From an uncultured bacterium (GTDB taxonomy: Bacteria; Krumholzibacteriota; Krumholzibacteriia; LZORAL124-64-63), in assembly GCA_963727525.1 (NCBI GenBank), contig CAVSGO010000007.1, positions 1,024,001 to 1,088,000 on the forward strand: a stretch of DNA of 64,000 nt, given 5' to 3'. The translations under genes and the position numbers were made by a program. Positions 43,328 through 53,892 of the stretch are shown here, one piece after another (the stretch's first letter is position 1; every line of letters starts with the position of its first letter). Under the pieces are notes generated by a model. It was not told where the DNA came from. It ran no database searches and saw only the letters and a program-made list of their open reading frames with translations.

Positions 43328-44641
43328 TCAGGAATCCACCAGGTTAGCCATGAGATCGGCCTCGGCAACCTTTTCGTCGCCGACCGTCGCCACGCCCCGC
43401 ATCTTGCAGATCGGCCCGCGCAGCTTCAGCAACTCCAGGGAGAGCGTGAGCTGATCGCCGGGTACGACCGGACGGCGGAAGCGGGCCCCATCGATGCCGC
43501 TGAAGTAGACCAGTTTGCCGTCGGGCTCATCGACGCTGGTGAGCAGCAACACGCCACCCGCCTGCGCCATGGCCTCGATGATCAGCACCCCGGGCATGAT
43601 GGGATGTCCCGGAAAGTGACCCTGGAAGAATGGCTCGTTGATCGTGACGTTCTTGAGCGCGCGGACACTCCGCTGCGGCACCAGTTCCTGTATCCGATCC
43701 ACGAGCAGGAGCGGATACCGGTGCGGCATGACGTTGAGGATGGATGCGATGTCGAAACCCAGCGGCTGGCGCGGCGGATAGATACGCGTGCTCGCGCGTT
43801 CGAGCTTGGCGAGCTTGCGCGTGAACATCGCGTTGGCCGCGTGGCCGGAACGCGTGGCATGCAGGTGTCCCTGGATTGGCATGCCCAGCAGGGCCACGTC
43901 ACCGAGCAAGTCGAGGATCTTGTGGCGTACGAATTCGTCGGGGAACCGCAGTTCCTGGCCGTCGGCGAGCTTGCCGTCGGCGATCACCAGCGCCGTCTCC
44001 AGGGTGCCGCCCTGGGCCAGCCCCATCTCGCGCAGCTTGTGCACGTCCTCGAGGAAGGCGAACGTGCGCGCCGGCGCAATCTCCTTCGCGAATACATCGG
44101 GACGGATCCGGAACGAGGCGGATTGCTTGCCGATGAACGCGTCCCCGTAGTCGACCGCGAAGGAGATGCGGAACTCGTCCGCCGGTTCCGCCACGACCTC
44201 GATGTCGCCCTGCTGGTAACGGACCGTTGCCGCCACGCGATAGTAGGACGCCGGCAAACCCTGCATGACGATGCCCGAGCTCTCGAGCAGGCGTAGGTAG
44301 GGCAACGCGCTGCCGCACCCGGTGACCGGCGGTTCTGGGCCCTCGAGGTCGAGGTAGCAGTTCGTCACGCCCATACCCATCAGGGCGGCGAGCACGTGTT
44401 CGACGGTGACGATCTTGACGTCGCCCTTGACGAGCGTGGTATTGCGCACGGCTGCATCGACGGTATCGACACTCTCGATGAGGGCCGGCACCTCGACGGA
44501 GCGGCCGTTCTGGCGCACGCGAAAAACGAGCCCCGTATTCGGCGGCGCCGGCGCGAAGGTAAGACGCGTGGTTTCGCCCGTGTGCAGGCCCACGCCCTCG
44601 ACGGACGCCGGCCTGCCGACGGTTCGCTGGAGCCAGATCAC
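43328..44641 (-). CDS. lpxC: Bifunctional LpxC/FabZ
   Basis: GVGLHTG, TVEHVLAAL, RHKILDLLGD, then PHRYPLLLVD, FFQGHFP..PIMPGVLIIEAMAQ. Confidence 0.95.
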   Translation of the reverse strand: MIWLQRTVGRPASVEGVGLHTGETTRLTFAPAPPNTGLVFRVRQNGRSVEVPALIESVDTVDAAVRNTTLVKGDVKIVTVEHVLAALMGMGVTNCYLDLEGPEPPVTGCGSALPYLRLLESSGIVMQGLPASYYRVAATVRYQQGDIEVVAEPADEFRISFAVDYGDAFIGKQSASFRIRPDVFAKEIAPARTFAFLEDVHKLREMGLAQGGTLETALVIADGKLADGQELRFPDEFVRHKILDLLGDVALLGMPIQGHLHATRSGHAANAMFTRKLAKLERASTRIYPPRQPLGFDIASILNVMPHRYPLLLVDRIQELVPQRSVRALKNVTINEPFFQGHFPGHPIMPGVLIIEAMAQAGGVLLLTSVDEPDGKLVYFSGIDGARFRRPVVPGDQLTLSLELLKLRGPICKMRGVATVGDEKVAEADLMANLVDS

Positions 44642-44644
44642 CGA

Positions 44645-45730
44645 CTAGTCCTCCCGGCCACCGATATCGGCCTGGCCGTCGGCGAGTTCGCCGACCGTGC
44701 GCTGGAGTTGCGCCAAGGTGCGCACCATGTCCGGCAACTTGCGCAGAGCCCCCGCGATGCGGAACGACTCCCGCGCGTCGAGCGCCGGGTATCCGAAGAG
44801 TACGCTGCCGTCTGCCACATCCTTGTGCAGGCCCGACTTGGCACCAACCTTCACGTTGCTGCCGATGGTGAGGTGGTCGGCGATCCCCACCTGCCCACCC
44901 ATGGTCACCCGGTCGCCGATCCGGCAACTGCCGGAGATGCCGGTCTGGGCGCTGATGGCGCCATGCGCGCCGATACTCACGTTGTGTCCGATCTGGACGA
45001 GATTGTCCAGCTTCGAACCGCGACCGATCACGGTCTCGCCGATGGTCGCCCGATCGACGCAGGTGCCGGCCCCGAGTTCCACGTCGTCCTCCAGCACCAC
45101 GATGCCCACCTGCGGCACTTTCTGCAAGCCTTGCGGCCCGGCCAGGTAGCCGAACCCGTCGTTGCCCACGAGGCAGCCCGGCTGCAGGACCACCCGGTCG
45201 CCGACACGGCAGTATTCCCGGATACAGACCTGCGGATAGAAGCGGCAGTCACATCCCACCGTCACATCAGGCCCCAGGACGACGTGTGCCGCGAGCCGAC
45301 TGCCCCTGCCCACCACCGTGCCCGCGCCGATCACGCAGTACGGGCCGATCGCCGCCGCCTGCGCCACGTCGGCCGTGGGGTCGATCACGGCGGTCGGGTG
45401 GATGCCCCGAGGGAACACGCGATCGGGGTCGGCTTCCAGGCGTGCGAGCAACCGCGCGAAGACATGGTAGGGTTGATCCACGCGCAGGGCCGGCCGATCC
45501 GGCACGACGCCGGGCCCCACGATGACCGCCGTGGCCTGGCTCGTCGCGAGCTGAGCTGCGAGTTCCTTCTTGGCGAGGAACGTCAGATCGCCCGGACCCG
45601 CGGTATCCAGTCCCGCGAAGCCCGTGATCATGACGTCACCGTCACCCAGCAACTCGGCGCCGAGTTCCGCGGCCAGATCGCGCAAGCGCATCGACTCCAA
45701 ACGTCGCGACTCCGAGCGCACAGGCTCCAT
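44645..45730 (-). CDS. lpxD: UDP-3-O-acyl-glucosamine N-acyltransferase
   Basis: DGFGY, KVPQVG, DVELGAGTCVDRA, KLDNLVQIGHNV, AQTGISGS. Confidence 0.95.
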   Translation of the reverse strand: MEPVRSESRRLESMRLRDLAAELGAELLGDGDVMITGFAGLDTAGPGDLTFLAKKELAAQLATSQATAVIVGPGVVPDRPALRVDQPYHVFARLLARLEADPDRVFPRGIHPTAVIDPTADVAQAAAIGPYCVIGAGTVVGRGSRLAAHVVLGPDVTVGCDCRFYPQVCIREYCRVGDRVVLQPGCLVGNDGFGYLAGPQGLQKVPQVGIVVLEDDVELGAGTCVDRATIGETVIGRGSKLDNLVQIGHNVSIGAHGAISAQTGISGSCRIGDRVTMGGQVGIADHLTIGSNVKVGAKSGLHKDVADGSVLFGYPALDARESFRIAGALRKLPDMVRTLAQLQRTVGELADGQADIGGRED

Positions 45731-45753
45731 GAGCGATCCCTTTTTTCAAGCAA

Positions 45754-45783
45754 GCCCCCCTTCACAGACCAGCGAAGGGGGGC
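45754..45783 (-). other. Strong hairpin in the skp-lpxD intergenic region
   Basis: GCCCCCCTTC/GAAGGGGGGC 10-bp stem ending ~23 nt before lpxD start. Confidence 0.6.
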
Positions 45784-45855
45784 ATCTCATGCTGACCTTT
45801 GCGCGGCTTGAATTTCGCCGCCATTCTCGGTTTTGTCAACACCCGAAGCCGGAGC

Positions 45856-46398
45856 CTATTTCTCCTCGCCGCGCGCCAGAGCCGCCAGGACGTCGTTCGT
45901 GAGGTCGACATCGGGGTCGAGGTAGAGCACGGTAAAGGCCGCGGAATCGATGATGATCCCGAACCCCTTCTCCTTGCCGATACGCTCGGCGATGGTCTTC
46001 ACCTGGTCGATGATCGGACCGATCCTCTCCTTGTATTCCTGCTGGGCCCGCTGGTCGACCTGATCGCGGAACTTGAAGTAGTCGGCCTTCTGGTTCTCCA
46101 GGTCCTGCATCTTGGCATTCAACGCCTCTTCGCCAAGCAGCATCTTCTGGCTATCGATCTCCTCGACCAGGCGCTGCAGATCGCGTTCCTTGTCGCCGAT
46201 CTCCTTCTCGAGATCGCGCAGGAACTTCTGGTACTGCTCCTGCGCGTCACGGGCCGCCTCGTATTCCTCGACGATGCGTTGCGTATCGATGACGCCGAAG
46301 GGCTTGTCCTTGCCGGCCGCGAGCGCGGACGTCGCCGGACACAGGATGCTCACAACGAGTACCAGGGCCACCGCGGGCGCGATGGGGAATCTGCGCAT
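45856..46398 (-). CDS. skp: OmpH/Skp periplasmic chaperone
   Basis: Signal peptide, FGVIDTQRI, coiled coil, IIIDS...VDLTNDVL; follows bamA. Confidence 0.9.
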   Translation of the reverse strand: MRRFPIAPAVALVLVVSILCPATSALAAGKDKPFGVIDTQRIVEEYEAARDAQEQYQKFLRDLEKEIGDKERDLQRLVEEIDSQKMLLGEEALNAKMQDLENQKADYFKFRDQVDQRAQQEYKERIGPIIDQVKTIAERIGKEKGFGIIIDSAAFTVLYLDPDVDLTNDVLAALARGEEK

Positions 46399-46420
46399 AT
46401 TCTCTCCTTCTCCCGTCGGA

Positions 46421-48784
46421 CTAGAACATCGTGCCGATGTTGAAATGGGGTTCCCAGCCGGGTCCCCCGACCTTGTCGAAACCATAACCATAGTCGAAGC
46501 CGATGGTACCCATCATGGGCACGTCGACCCGGATCCCGAAACCCGCCCCCTTGCGCAGGTTGGCGAAATTGGCTTCGGAGAAGCTGTTCCATGTGTCACC
46601 CATGTCCAGGAAGGTGAGCAACTGGACAGCCCGCGTCAACGGATAGAGCACCTCGGTGTTGAAGATCGTGTAGCAGCGGCCGCCGATGAAACTCGGGTTG
46701 CCGCGCGGTACGACCTCGAGATCCTGGTAGCCGCGCAGCGGATACAGACGGTTGCCGCCCAGACGGTACTTCTCGTAATCCGGCACGTTGTCGGCACTGC
46801 CCTTGATGCCGGTGATCAGCCCGAACATGCCCTGCAGGTGAAGGGCGAACCCTCCGGGCAGGCGCTGGTAATACGACTGCTTGAACTGCTGCTCGACGTA
46901 GTCGATCTCCCCGCCCAGGGGGCCGCCGGCCAGGTCGAAGCTGTAAGTGGTACGCGAGCCTCCCGTTGGGAAGAACGGGTTGTCGGTGGAATCGCGGCTG
47001 TACGTGAGGCGCACGCTGCTCTTGGTGCGCGGCCAGTCCACCTTGTCCAGACGCTCGAATGGAAGGTCGTTCACGCCGAGGCTGCTCTCGAGATTGTTCA
47101 GGTAGTTCACGTAGCTCGAGCTGAAGTTCGACAGCCGGGTCTGCGACAACTCGTAGCGCAGACCGACCCGACTGAACCGGGTACCCGGAATCCGCGTGCC
47201 GCCGCGCAAGCTGAAACCGCGGATCCGACTCTCGTAGTAGTCGTCGTAGTTGTACTGGTAGCGATCGAAGAGATCGGCGCCCACCAGGATGGGCTTGCCC
47301 ATGAACCAGGGCTCGGTGAAACTGAGGTCCACGTAGCGGCGGCGGCTGCCGAACTGCCACGTCACTCCGACGTTCTGCCCCTTGCCGCGGAAGTTGCTCT
47401 CCTGAACCTGGATGAAGCCACTCACGCTGGTCTCGGCACTATAGGCGGCGCCGAACATGAACTGGCCGGTCTGGCGTTCCTTCACGTCGAAGAGCAGATC
47501 GAGGTCGCCGCTGTTCGGCACCGACTGGAAGTCGGGACGCACCTCCTCGAAGAACCCCAGCGCCATGGCGTCGCGCACCGAGGCCTCGATGCGCTGGCGG
47601 CTGAAGACGTCGCCCGGGAAGATGCGCAGCTCGCGCAGCAACACCTCGTCGTAGGTCTTGGTGTTGCCCGTCACCCGGATATCGTGAACCTTGGCCGGCT
47701 CGCCCTCGGTGATGGAGAAGTCGACATTCACCTTGTCGCCATCGATCGCCCGCTGCGGCTCCACGGACACATAGATATACCCGCGGTCGGCGTAGAGCGA
47801 CTGCACGTCCTCGAGGGTGGCCAGGTATTCCTTCTCCTTGAACACCTCACCCTGCCGCAGGTCGATGCGCTGGGACACGGCCATGTCGTCGAAGACCTGG
47901 TTGCCATGCCAGTTGACGGTGCCCACGTAGTAGAGCTTGCCTTCCGTGATGTGGATCACGATGTCCAGGCGCTCGCGATTGGGCCGAAAATTCAGCTCGA
48001 TATCGTCCACCGTGGCGTCGAGATACCCGTTGTCCTTGCCGTAGGTGACGATGCGGTCCTTGTCGTCCTCGAACTGCTGCTTCTTGAAGGTGCCGCTCTT
48101 GAGGAAACCCGTGGTGCCCTGCTTCATGGCGCCCCGCAGCCCGCCGGCCGTGAGGTGTTCGTTGCCCACGAAGCTGATGCTCGACACCTTCACCTGCTTG
48201 CCCTCGTCGACGTGGATGACCAGGTCCTCCATGTTGCTGGCGTCGACAACGGTGGAGTCGGTGTTGACCTCGGCGTTGTAGTACCCCTTCTCGTAGTAGA
48301 GATCGCGCAGGGGCTGCAGGTCGCGGGTGATGGCCGCCGGATTGGCGAACTGGCCCACGCTCACGGGGAAAGCATCCCGCAGGTCCTTGTCCTTGATCTT
48401 CTTGTTGCCCTGGAAGCTGATGTCCCGGATGCGCGGAAACTCCCGGAGATTCAGCGTGACCTTCAGGCCGTCGGCCTGCGGCTGCACATACAGGTAGATC
48501 TCGGCGAACTTCTTGGTGGCGAAGAGCCGACGCACGGCCGCAGCGGCGAGGTCGCGCGTGAGCGTCTGCCCGGCGGACAGCCCCGCCCAGGCCTCCACCT
48601 GACTCGCGCCCACCGTGACGGTGCCGACGACCTCGATGGCTGCGATGGCCTGCCCGAGCACCGCGTCGTCGACAGCCGCATCCGCGGCGCTCGGCGGCGT
48701 CTGGGCAAGTGCCAGGGGCGCGACGGCCAGGGCGGCCAGGCAGGCCAGGCCGAGGATCCACGAACGGCAATTGGGCACGCGCAT
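46421..48784 (-). CDS. bamA: Outer-membrane protein assembly factor
   Basis: Five POTRA-like repeats, GNTKT, NFRGKGQ, LRGY, GFGIR...IGFDYGYG, terminal Phe. Confidence 0.95.
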   Translation of the reverse strand: MRVPNCRSWILGLACLAALAVAPLALAQTPPSAADAAVDDAVLGQAIAAIEVVGTVTVGASQVEAWAGLSAGQTLTRDLAAAAVRRLFATKKFAEIYLYVQPQADGLKVTLNLREFPRIRDISFQGNKKIKDKDLRDAFPVSVGQFANPAAITRDLQPLRDLYYEKGYYNAEVNTDSTVVDASNMEDLVIHVDEGKQVKVSSISFVGNEHLTAGGLRGAMKQGTTGFLKSGTFKKQQFEDDKDRIVTYGKDNGYLDATVDDIELNFRPNRERLDIVIHITEGKLYYVGTVNWHGNQVFDDMAVSQRIDLRQGEVFKEKEYLATLEDVQSLYADRGYIYVSVEPQRAIDGDKVNVDFSITEGEPAKVHDIRVTGNTKTYDEVLLRELRIFPGDVFSRQRIEASVRDAMALGFFEEVRPDFQSVPNSGDLDLLFDVKERQTGQFMFGAAYSAETSVSGFIQVQESNFRGKGQNVGVTWQFGSRRRYVDLSFTEPWFMGKPILVGADLFDRYQYNYDDYYESRIRGFSLRGGTRIPGTRFSRVGLRYELSQTRLSNFSSSYVNYLNNLESSLGVNDLPFERLDKVDWPRTKSSVRLTYSRDSTDNPFFPTGGSRTTYSFDLAGGPLGGEIDYVEQQFKQSYYQRLPGGFALHLQGMFGLITGIKGSADNVPDYEKYRLGGNRLYPLRGYQDLEVVPRGNPSFIGGRCYTIFNTEVLYPLTRAVQLLTFLDMGDTWNSFSEANFANLRKGAGFGIRVDVPMMGTIGFDYGYGFDKVGGPGWEPHFNIGTMF

Positions 48785-48888
48785 CGAGGCTTTGACTCCC
48801 CAGGGGTACAGGGTAACAGGTCGCAGCGCCGCAGGGTCGCAATGCTCGCTCGCGATACGGCGGCCGCGGCCACCGGGAGTGGCGCTTC

Positions 48889-48913
48889 AACGCCAGCAGC
48901 GGTCACGAGTTCC
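48889..48913 (-). promoter_or_regulatory. ECF-sigma-type promoter upstream of bamA
   Basis: GGAAC-N16-CGTT (GGAACT...CGTTG). Confidence 0.55.
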
Positions 48914-49019
48914 GGACAGCCCGGCGCAATATAAGGCATGGAAAGCATCGTGGGTAGCCCGGGTTGCGGCCCCACCCGCGGGGGCGGGGCCATCCGGGAT
49001 GGCGGGATCGCAGGAGGTC

Positions 49020-51467
49020 CTAGACCTCAGCGCCTTCCTTCGGCATCACCGTGAAGGTGAGTTGCTCGTTCAAGGCGTCGATGCGCAGCCGGCAGTTGTT
49101 GCCCACTTCGCCGCGCAGGAGCTTCTCGCTGAGCGGGTCTTCCAGATGCCGCTGGATGGCCCGGCGCAACGGACGCGCACCCTGTTCAGGGTTGAAACCC
49201 ACCTCGCAGAGCAGTTCCTTGGCCGCTTCGGTGAACTCGAAGTCGATGTGCAAGTTGACCAGGCGCTTGACGACGTCGCGCAGCAGGATATCCACGATGG
49301 TGTAGATGTGATCCCGGGACAGCGCGTCGAAGATGATCAGCTCGTCGATCCGGTTGAGGAACTCGGGGCTGAACGTCTTCTTGAGATCCTGGTTGATGTT
49401 CGCCTGATTGCGCTGGGTCGCGTGGTCATCCTCGTCGCTGCCGAAGCCCACGCCGCGACTGACGTGCGTCTTGCGGTTGCCCACGTTGCTGGTCATGATC
49501 AGCACGGTGTTGCGGAAGTCGACGGTACGGCCGAACGAATCGGTGAGATTGCCGTCCTCCAGCACCTGCAGCAGGATGTTGAACACATCCGGGTGCGCCT
49601 TCTCGATCTCGTCGAGCAGGATCACGGAATAGGGATGCCGGCGCACCTTCTCGGTGAGCATGCCGCCCTCGTCATAGCCCACGTAGCCCGGAGGCGCGCC
49701 CACCAGGCGGGACACCGAGTGCTTCTCCATGTACTCGGACATGTCCACGCGGATCATCGAGGTCTGATCGCCGAAGAGAAACTCCGTCAGGCGACGGGCC
49801 ACCTCGGTCTTGCCCACGCCCGTGGGGCCTAGGAAGATGAACGAGCCGATGGGCCGCTTCGGGTCACGCAAGCCCGCGCGATTGCGCCGGATCGACTTGG
49901 AGACCGCCTCGAGCGCCGCGTCCTGGCCGACGATCCACTGGCGCAGTTCGTCTTCCATGCGCAGCAGCTTGAGGGTCTCCTCCTCCTCCACATCGGTGAC
50001 GGGGATCCCCGTGATGTCGGAGATGACCGTGCAGATGAGGCGCTGATCCACCACCGGGCGCTGCTCGCCGTGGTGATCCTGCCAGCTCTGCTTCATCTCC
50101 ATCAGCTCACGTTTCAGCTCCTTCTCCTTGTCGCGGAAGCCGGCCGCCATCTCGAACTGCTGGGCCTGGATCGCGCTCTCCTTCTCCTTCACGCAATCCT
50201 CGATCTGATCCTCGGTCTTGCGCAGATCGGGTGGCATCTCGGAAGCGTTCAGCCGGGCACGGCTACCGGCCTCGTCGATCACGTCGATCGCCTTGTCGGG
50301 CAGGGAGCGGCCGCTGATGTAGCGGTTCGACAGGAAGACGGCCGACGAGAGCGCCTCCTCATCATAGCTCACGCGGTGGTGAGCCTCGTACTTGTCGCGC
50401 AGGCCAGCCAGGATGCGCACCGTCTCGTCCTCGCTGGGCGGATTCACGGTCACCGGCTGGAAGCGCCGCTCCAGCGCGCCGTCCTTCTCGATGAACTTGC
50501 GGTACTCGTCCATCGTGGTGGCGCCGATGCACTGGATCTCGCCGCGGCTGAGGGCAGGCTTCAGCATGTTCGACGCGTCGATCGCACCCTCGGCGCCGCC
50601 GGCGCCGACGATGGTATGCAACTCGTCGATGAAGATGATGATGTCCGGATTCTCGCGAATCTCGGCCATGATCTGCTTAAGGCGCTCCTCGAACTGGCCA
50701 CGGTATTTCGTCCCCGCCACGACACTTGCGAGGTCGAGCGTGATGATTTCTTTTTCACGCAGCAGGCTCGGCACCTTGTTCTGCACGATGCGCGAGGCGA
50801 AGCCCTCCACGATGGCTGTCTTCCCCACGCCCGGTTCGCCGATGAGCACGGGGTTGTTCTTCTTGCGCCGGCTGAGGATCTGGATCACCCGTTCGATCTC
50901 ACGTTCGCGACCGATCGTGGGGTCGAGCTGATTCTGGCGCGCCATCTCGGTCATGTTGCGGCCGAACTGCTCGAGGACCGGACTCTCCTTCTTTTCCTTC
51001 TTCTTCGACTGCGCGCTGCCCCGCGCCCCCGCGCTGCCGAGGGCCTTCATGACCTCGCGCTTCACCGTCTCGTGGTCGGCGCCCAGGCGGGTGAGCACGT
51101 CAGCGGCGATGCCCTCGCCCTCCCGGATCAGAGCCAGCAGGAGGTGCTCCGTGCCCACGTAGTTGTGGTTGTGCAGGCGGGCCTCGTCGATCGACAGCTC
51201 GAGCACCTTCTTGGCCCGCGGCGTGAACGGAATCTCGCCGATGTTCACAGGTCCGTTCATGGGCGCCACGGTGGCCTCGATCTCCTTCTGGATCCGCTCC
51301 AGATCGATGCCCAGGCGGCGCAGCACGTTGGCCGCAATCCCTTCACCCTCGCGGATGATGCCCAGCAGAAGGTGTTCGGTGCCGATGTATTCGTGTTGTA
51401 GCCGGCTCGCCTCGTCGCGGGCCAGGAACAGGACCTTGCGGACCCTCTGCGTGAACCGGTCGTTCAT
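49020..51467 (-). CDS. clpC: ATP-dependent Clp protease ATPase ClpC
   Basis: Two Clp-N repeats (GTEHLLL), [11 protein letters not shown]-like middle domain, [20 protein letters not shown] ClpP loop. Confidence 0.96.
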   Translation of the reverse strand: MNDRFTQRVRKVLFLARDEASRLQHEYIGTEHLLLGIIREGEGIAANVLRRLGIDLERIQKEIEATVAPMNGPVNIGEIPFTPRAKKVLELSIDEARLHNHNYVGTEHLLLALIREGEGIAADVLTRLGADHETVKREVMKALGSAGARGSAQSKKKEKKESPVLEQFGRNMTEMARQNQLDPTIGREREIERVIQILSRRKKNNPVLIGEPGVGKTAIVEGFASRIVQNKVPSLLREKEIITLDLASVVAGTKYRGQFEERLKQIMAEIRENPDIIIFIDELHTIVGAGGAEGAIDASNMLKPALSRGEIQCIGATTMDEYRKFIEKDGALERRFQPVTVNPPSEDETVRILAGLRDKYEAHHRVSYDEEALSSAVFLSNRYISGRSLPDKAIDVIDEAGSRARLNASEMPPDLRKTEDQIEDCVKEKESAIQAQQFEMAAGFRDKEKELKRELMEMKQSWQDHHGEQRPVVDQRLICTVISDITGIPVTDVEEEETLKLLRMEDELRQWIVGQDAALEAVSKSIRRNRAGLRDPKRPIGSFIFLGPTGVGKTEVARRLTEFLFGDQTSMIRVDMSEYMEKHSVSRLVGAPPGYVGYDEGGMLTEKVRRHPYSVILLDEIEKAHPDVFNILLQVLEDGNLTDSFGRTVDFRNTVLIMTSNVGNRKTHVSRGVGFGSDEDDHATQRNQANINQDLKKTFSPEFLNRIDELIIFDALSRDHIYTIVDILLRDVVKRLVNLHIDFEFTEAAKELLCEVGFNPEQGARPLRRAIQRHLEDPLSEKLLRGEVGNNCRLRIDALNEQLTFTVMPKEGAEV

Positions 51468-51591
51468 CCCTCGCGCCTCCGTTCGCCCAGCGTTCGACTA
51501 CTCAGTTGCAATATACCCCGGCGCGCAAAGCCGCGCCAGCCTACGGCCTTCGTTGATGTTCGGCTCTCGCGGACGGTGCTTGAGCGCCCAG

Positions 51592-52644
51592 CTAGACGGA
51601 TTGCATGAGGTGCCGGACGAAGTCGGCGCGCATCCGCGCCCGCTCGACAGGTTTTGCCGCACGGCCGGCCAGGAGTTGCAGGTGGGCCGCCTGCTGTTGC
51701 ACCAGGACGCGGTTCAGCAGGCCCAGGGGAAGCGGAGGCAGCAGATCGAGCATGATGCCCATTCTCACGTGTGAGAGGCGGTCGAAGGCCTCCTGGACCG
51801 TCATCACCCGCGCGTTGCGCAGGATGGCCAGCGAGCGATGCACCAGATCCTCCACCGCCGCTGGATCGCGCTCGTACAGCTTGATCTGGGCCATGCGCTC
51901 GAACTGCACGACCCGGGTGACGTGACGCGCGAATTCGGCCGCCAGTTCCAGCTCCGCCCGGCCCAGGGTGGCCAGGTTGCCGATCTGGAAGAGTGAACCG
52001 CGCACCGTGCTGCCCTCCCCGAAGAGCCCCCGTACCGCGAATTGGAGCTGCCGCAGCGAGTTGAGAATTTTCTCGATCTCCCCCGTGAGCACCAGGGCGG
52101 GCAGGTGGATGAGCACCGACAGGCGGCAGCCCGTGCCCACGTTGGTGGGGCAGGTGGTGAGATATCCGAACTCCTCGCTGAAGGCGAACTCGAACGCCTC
52201 CTCCAGCTCCGCGTCAAGCGCGAGGGCGTCGCGCGCGGCCGCCATCGCCTCGAAGCCGGCGCGGAACACCTGCACGCGCAGATGGTCCTCCTCGTTGACC
52301 ATCACTGCTCGCGACAGGTCGCGCGTGACCACGAGCCCGCGCCCCACCGGGTTGCGCACCAGATCGGGGCTGACGAGGTGCATCTCCAGAAGCACCTTGC
52401 GCTCGAGGGGCTCGCAAAGCTCCAGGTTGACGTCCCAGGCCTCGGCGAACGTCGGGCAGGACCGCAGGCCGCGCGCCAGCTCCCGCCCGCGACCCCGGAG
52501 CGCGCCATCATCGCAGAGGTGCCCGAAGGTCGTGCCGGCGAGATTGCGGGCCAGGCGCACGCGCGTGGAGATGACGACGTCTGATGCCTCGCCGTTTCCG
52601 TCGAGCCAGCTCGCGGGCTGCTTCCAGGCCTCGGCCGCAAACAT
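51592..52644 (-). CDS. mcsB: Protein-arginine kinase
   Basis: STRVRLARN, NEEDHLR, GYLTTCPTNVGTG, VRGLFGEGS. Confidence 0.92.
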   Translation of the reverse strand: MFAAEAWKQPASWLDGNGEASDVVISTRVRLARNLAGTTFGHLCDDGALRGRGRELARGLRSCPTFAEAWDVNLELCEPLERKVLLEMHLVSPDLVRNPVGRGLVVTRDLSRAVMVNEEDHLRVQVFRAGFEAMAAARDALALDAELEEAFEFAFSEEFGYLTTCPTNVGTGCRLSVLIHLPALVLTGEIEKILNSLRQLQFAVRGLFGEGSTVRGSLFQIGNLATLGRAELELAAEFARHVTRVVQFERMAQIKLYERDPAAVEDLVHRSLAILRNARVMTVQEAFDRLSHVRMGIMLDLLPPLPLGLLNRVLVQQQAAHLQLLAGRAAKPVERARMRADFVRHLMQSV

Positions 52645-52646
52645 CG

Positions 52647-53195
52647 TCAATACTCCTGCGTCCGACCGTCGTCACGATCGGCTTCGCGCTCATGGATCCG
52701 GTCGCGCAGACGCGCGGCTTCCTCGTAGTTCTCCGCCGCCACCGCAGCTTCGAGCGCGTTGCGCAGACGCGCGATCTCGAGGCGGCGCTCCGCACGCGGT
52801 CCGCGCGCGCGCGGCGCCTTGCCCAGATGGGTGGTCGCGCGATGGTACCGACGCAGGATCGGTAGCAAGTGCTCGCGGAACACGAGGTAGCACTCCGGGC
52901 ATCCCAGCAACCCGGTTTCCTGGAGCTGTTTGAAGGTGTAGCGGCAGACCGGACACGCCAGGTCGGGCGCCGGCGTTTCCTCTGCCGCGTCCTCCCCGCC
53001 GCCAGCCACCATGTCGCTGAGGAAGACCTCGAAGCCGCTCGACTTGGTCGGCGGGAGGTCATCGGCCTCGTGTCCGGGCAGATCGAGCCCCACGTCGCTT
53101 GCGCAGTCCTCGCACAGCCACTGCGAGTGCTTCACGCCGTCCTCGATATCGATGTAGTTGACCACGGCCTCGCGCTGGCCGCAACGCTCGCACAT
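52647..53195 (-). CDS. mcsA: McsB activator, CxxC/UVR protein
   Basis: Four CxxC (CERC, CEDC, CPVC, CPEC), HLGKAP, ENYEEAARLRDRI. Confidence 0.92.
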   Translation of the reverse strand: MCERCGQREAVVNYIDIEDGVKHSQWLCEDCASDVGLDLPGHEADDLPPTKSSGFEVFLSDMVAGGGEDAAEETPAPDLACPVCRYTFKQLQETGLLGCPECYLVFREHLLPILRRYHRATTHLGKAPRARGPRAERRLEIARLRNALEAAVAAENYEEAARLRDRIHEREADRDDGRTQEY

Positions 53196-53884
53196 CAAGA
53201 CGTCACCTCCGCGAGCACGAGCCGGCCGTCGTCGAGACGCAGCACGCGGTCGGCGCGGTCGGCCAGGGAAAGATCGTGCGTCACGATGACGAGCGCCACG
53301 TGCTCGCGCTGCCGAAGCCGGAAGAGCAGGTCGCCGAGCTGGCGGCCCTTCTCGCGATCGAGATTGCCGAAGGGCTCATCCGCGAGCACGATCTGCGGCC
53401 GGTTCATGAAGGCGCGGGCCACGGCCACGCGCTGCTGCTCGCCGCCCGACAGCTCTCCCGGCAGGTGATCCATGCGCTCGCTCAGGCCGAGCGCCTCGAG
53501 CAGGTCCCGGGCACGCGCTTCGTCCTGTGACGTGGGCAGGTGGTCCATGTGCACCGGAATCAGCAGGTTCTCCAGGGCCGTGAAGTCGGGCAGCAGGAAG
53601 TGGAACTGGAAGACGAAGCCCACGGTCTGGTTGCGCCAGCGGGTCATGGTCTTCACGTCATCGGCGTGCAACACCGTATCGCGAAACCGCAGCTCGCCGC
53701 CGTCGGCGCGGTCGAGCCCACCGATGAGGTTGAGGAAGGTGCTCTTGCCGGCCCCGCTCGGCCCGATGACGGCCACGGCCTCGCCCTCGTCGAGGGTGAA
53801 GTCGATCTCGCGCAACACGGACACCGGCCCCGACGCCTTGGGATAGGTCTTCGCGAGCTGACGGGCGGTGAGTAGGCGCACCAT
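53195..53884 (-). CDS. lolD: Lipoprotein-releasing ABC transporter ATPase
   Basis: GPSGAGKST, GFVFQFHFLLPDFTALEN, LSGGEQQR, ADEP.GNLD. Confidence 0.88.
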   Translation of the reverse strand: MVRLLTARQLAKTYPKASGPVSVLREIDFTLDEGEAVAVIGPSGAGKSTFLNLIGGLDRADGGELRFRDTVLHADDVKTMTRWRNQTVGFVFQFHFLLPDFTALENLLIPVHMDHLPTSQDEARARDLLEALGLSERMDHLPGELSGGEQQRVAVARAFMNRPQIVLADEPFGNLDREKGRQLGDLLFRLRQREHVALVIVTHDLSLADRADRVLRLDDGRLVLAEVTS

Positions 53885-53892
53885 GAAGGCTC

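Noticed and set aside
46112-48934. 940-aa plus-strand ORF and similar long antisense ORFs elsewhere (e.g. 31502-33448, 54028-55794)
   Set aside because: Opposite well-supported genes, with no domain signatures
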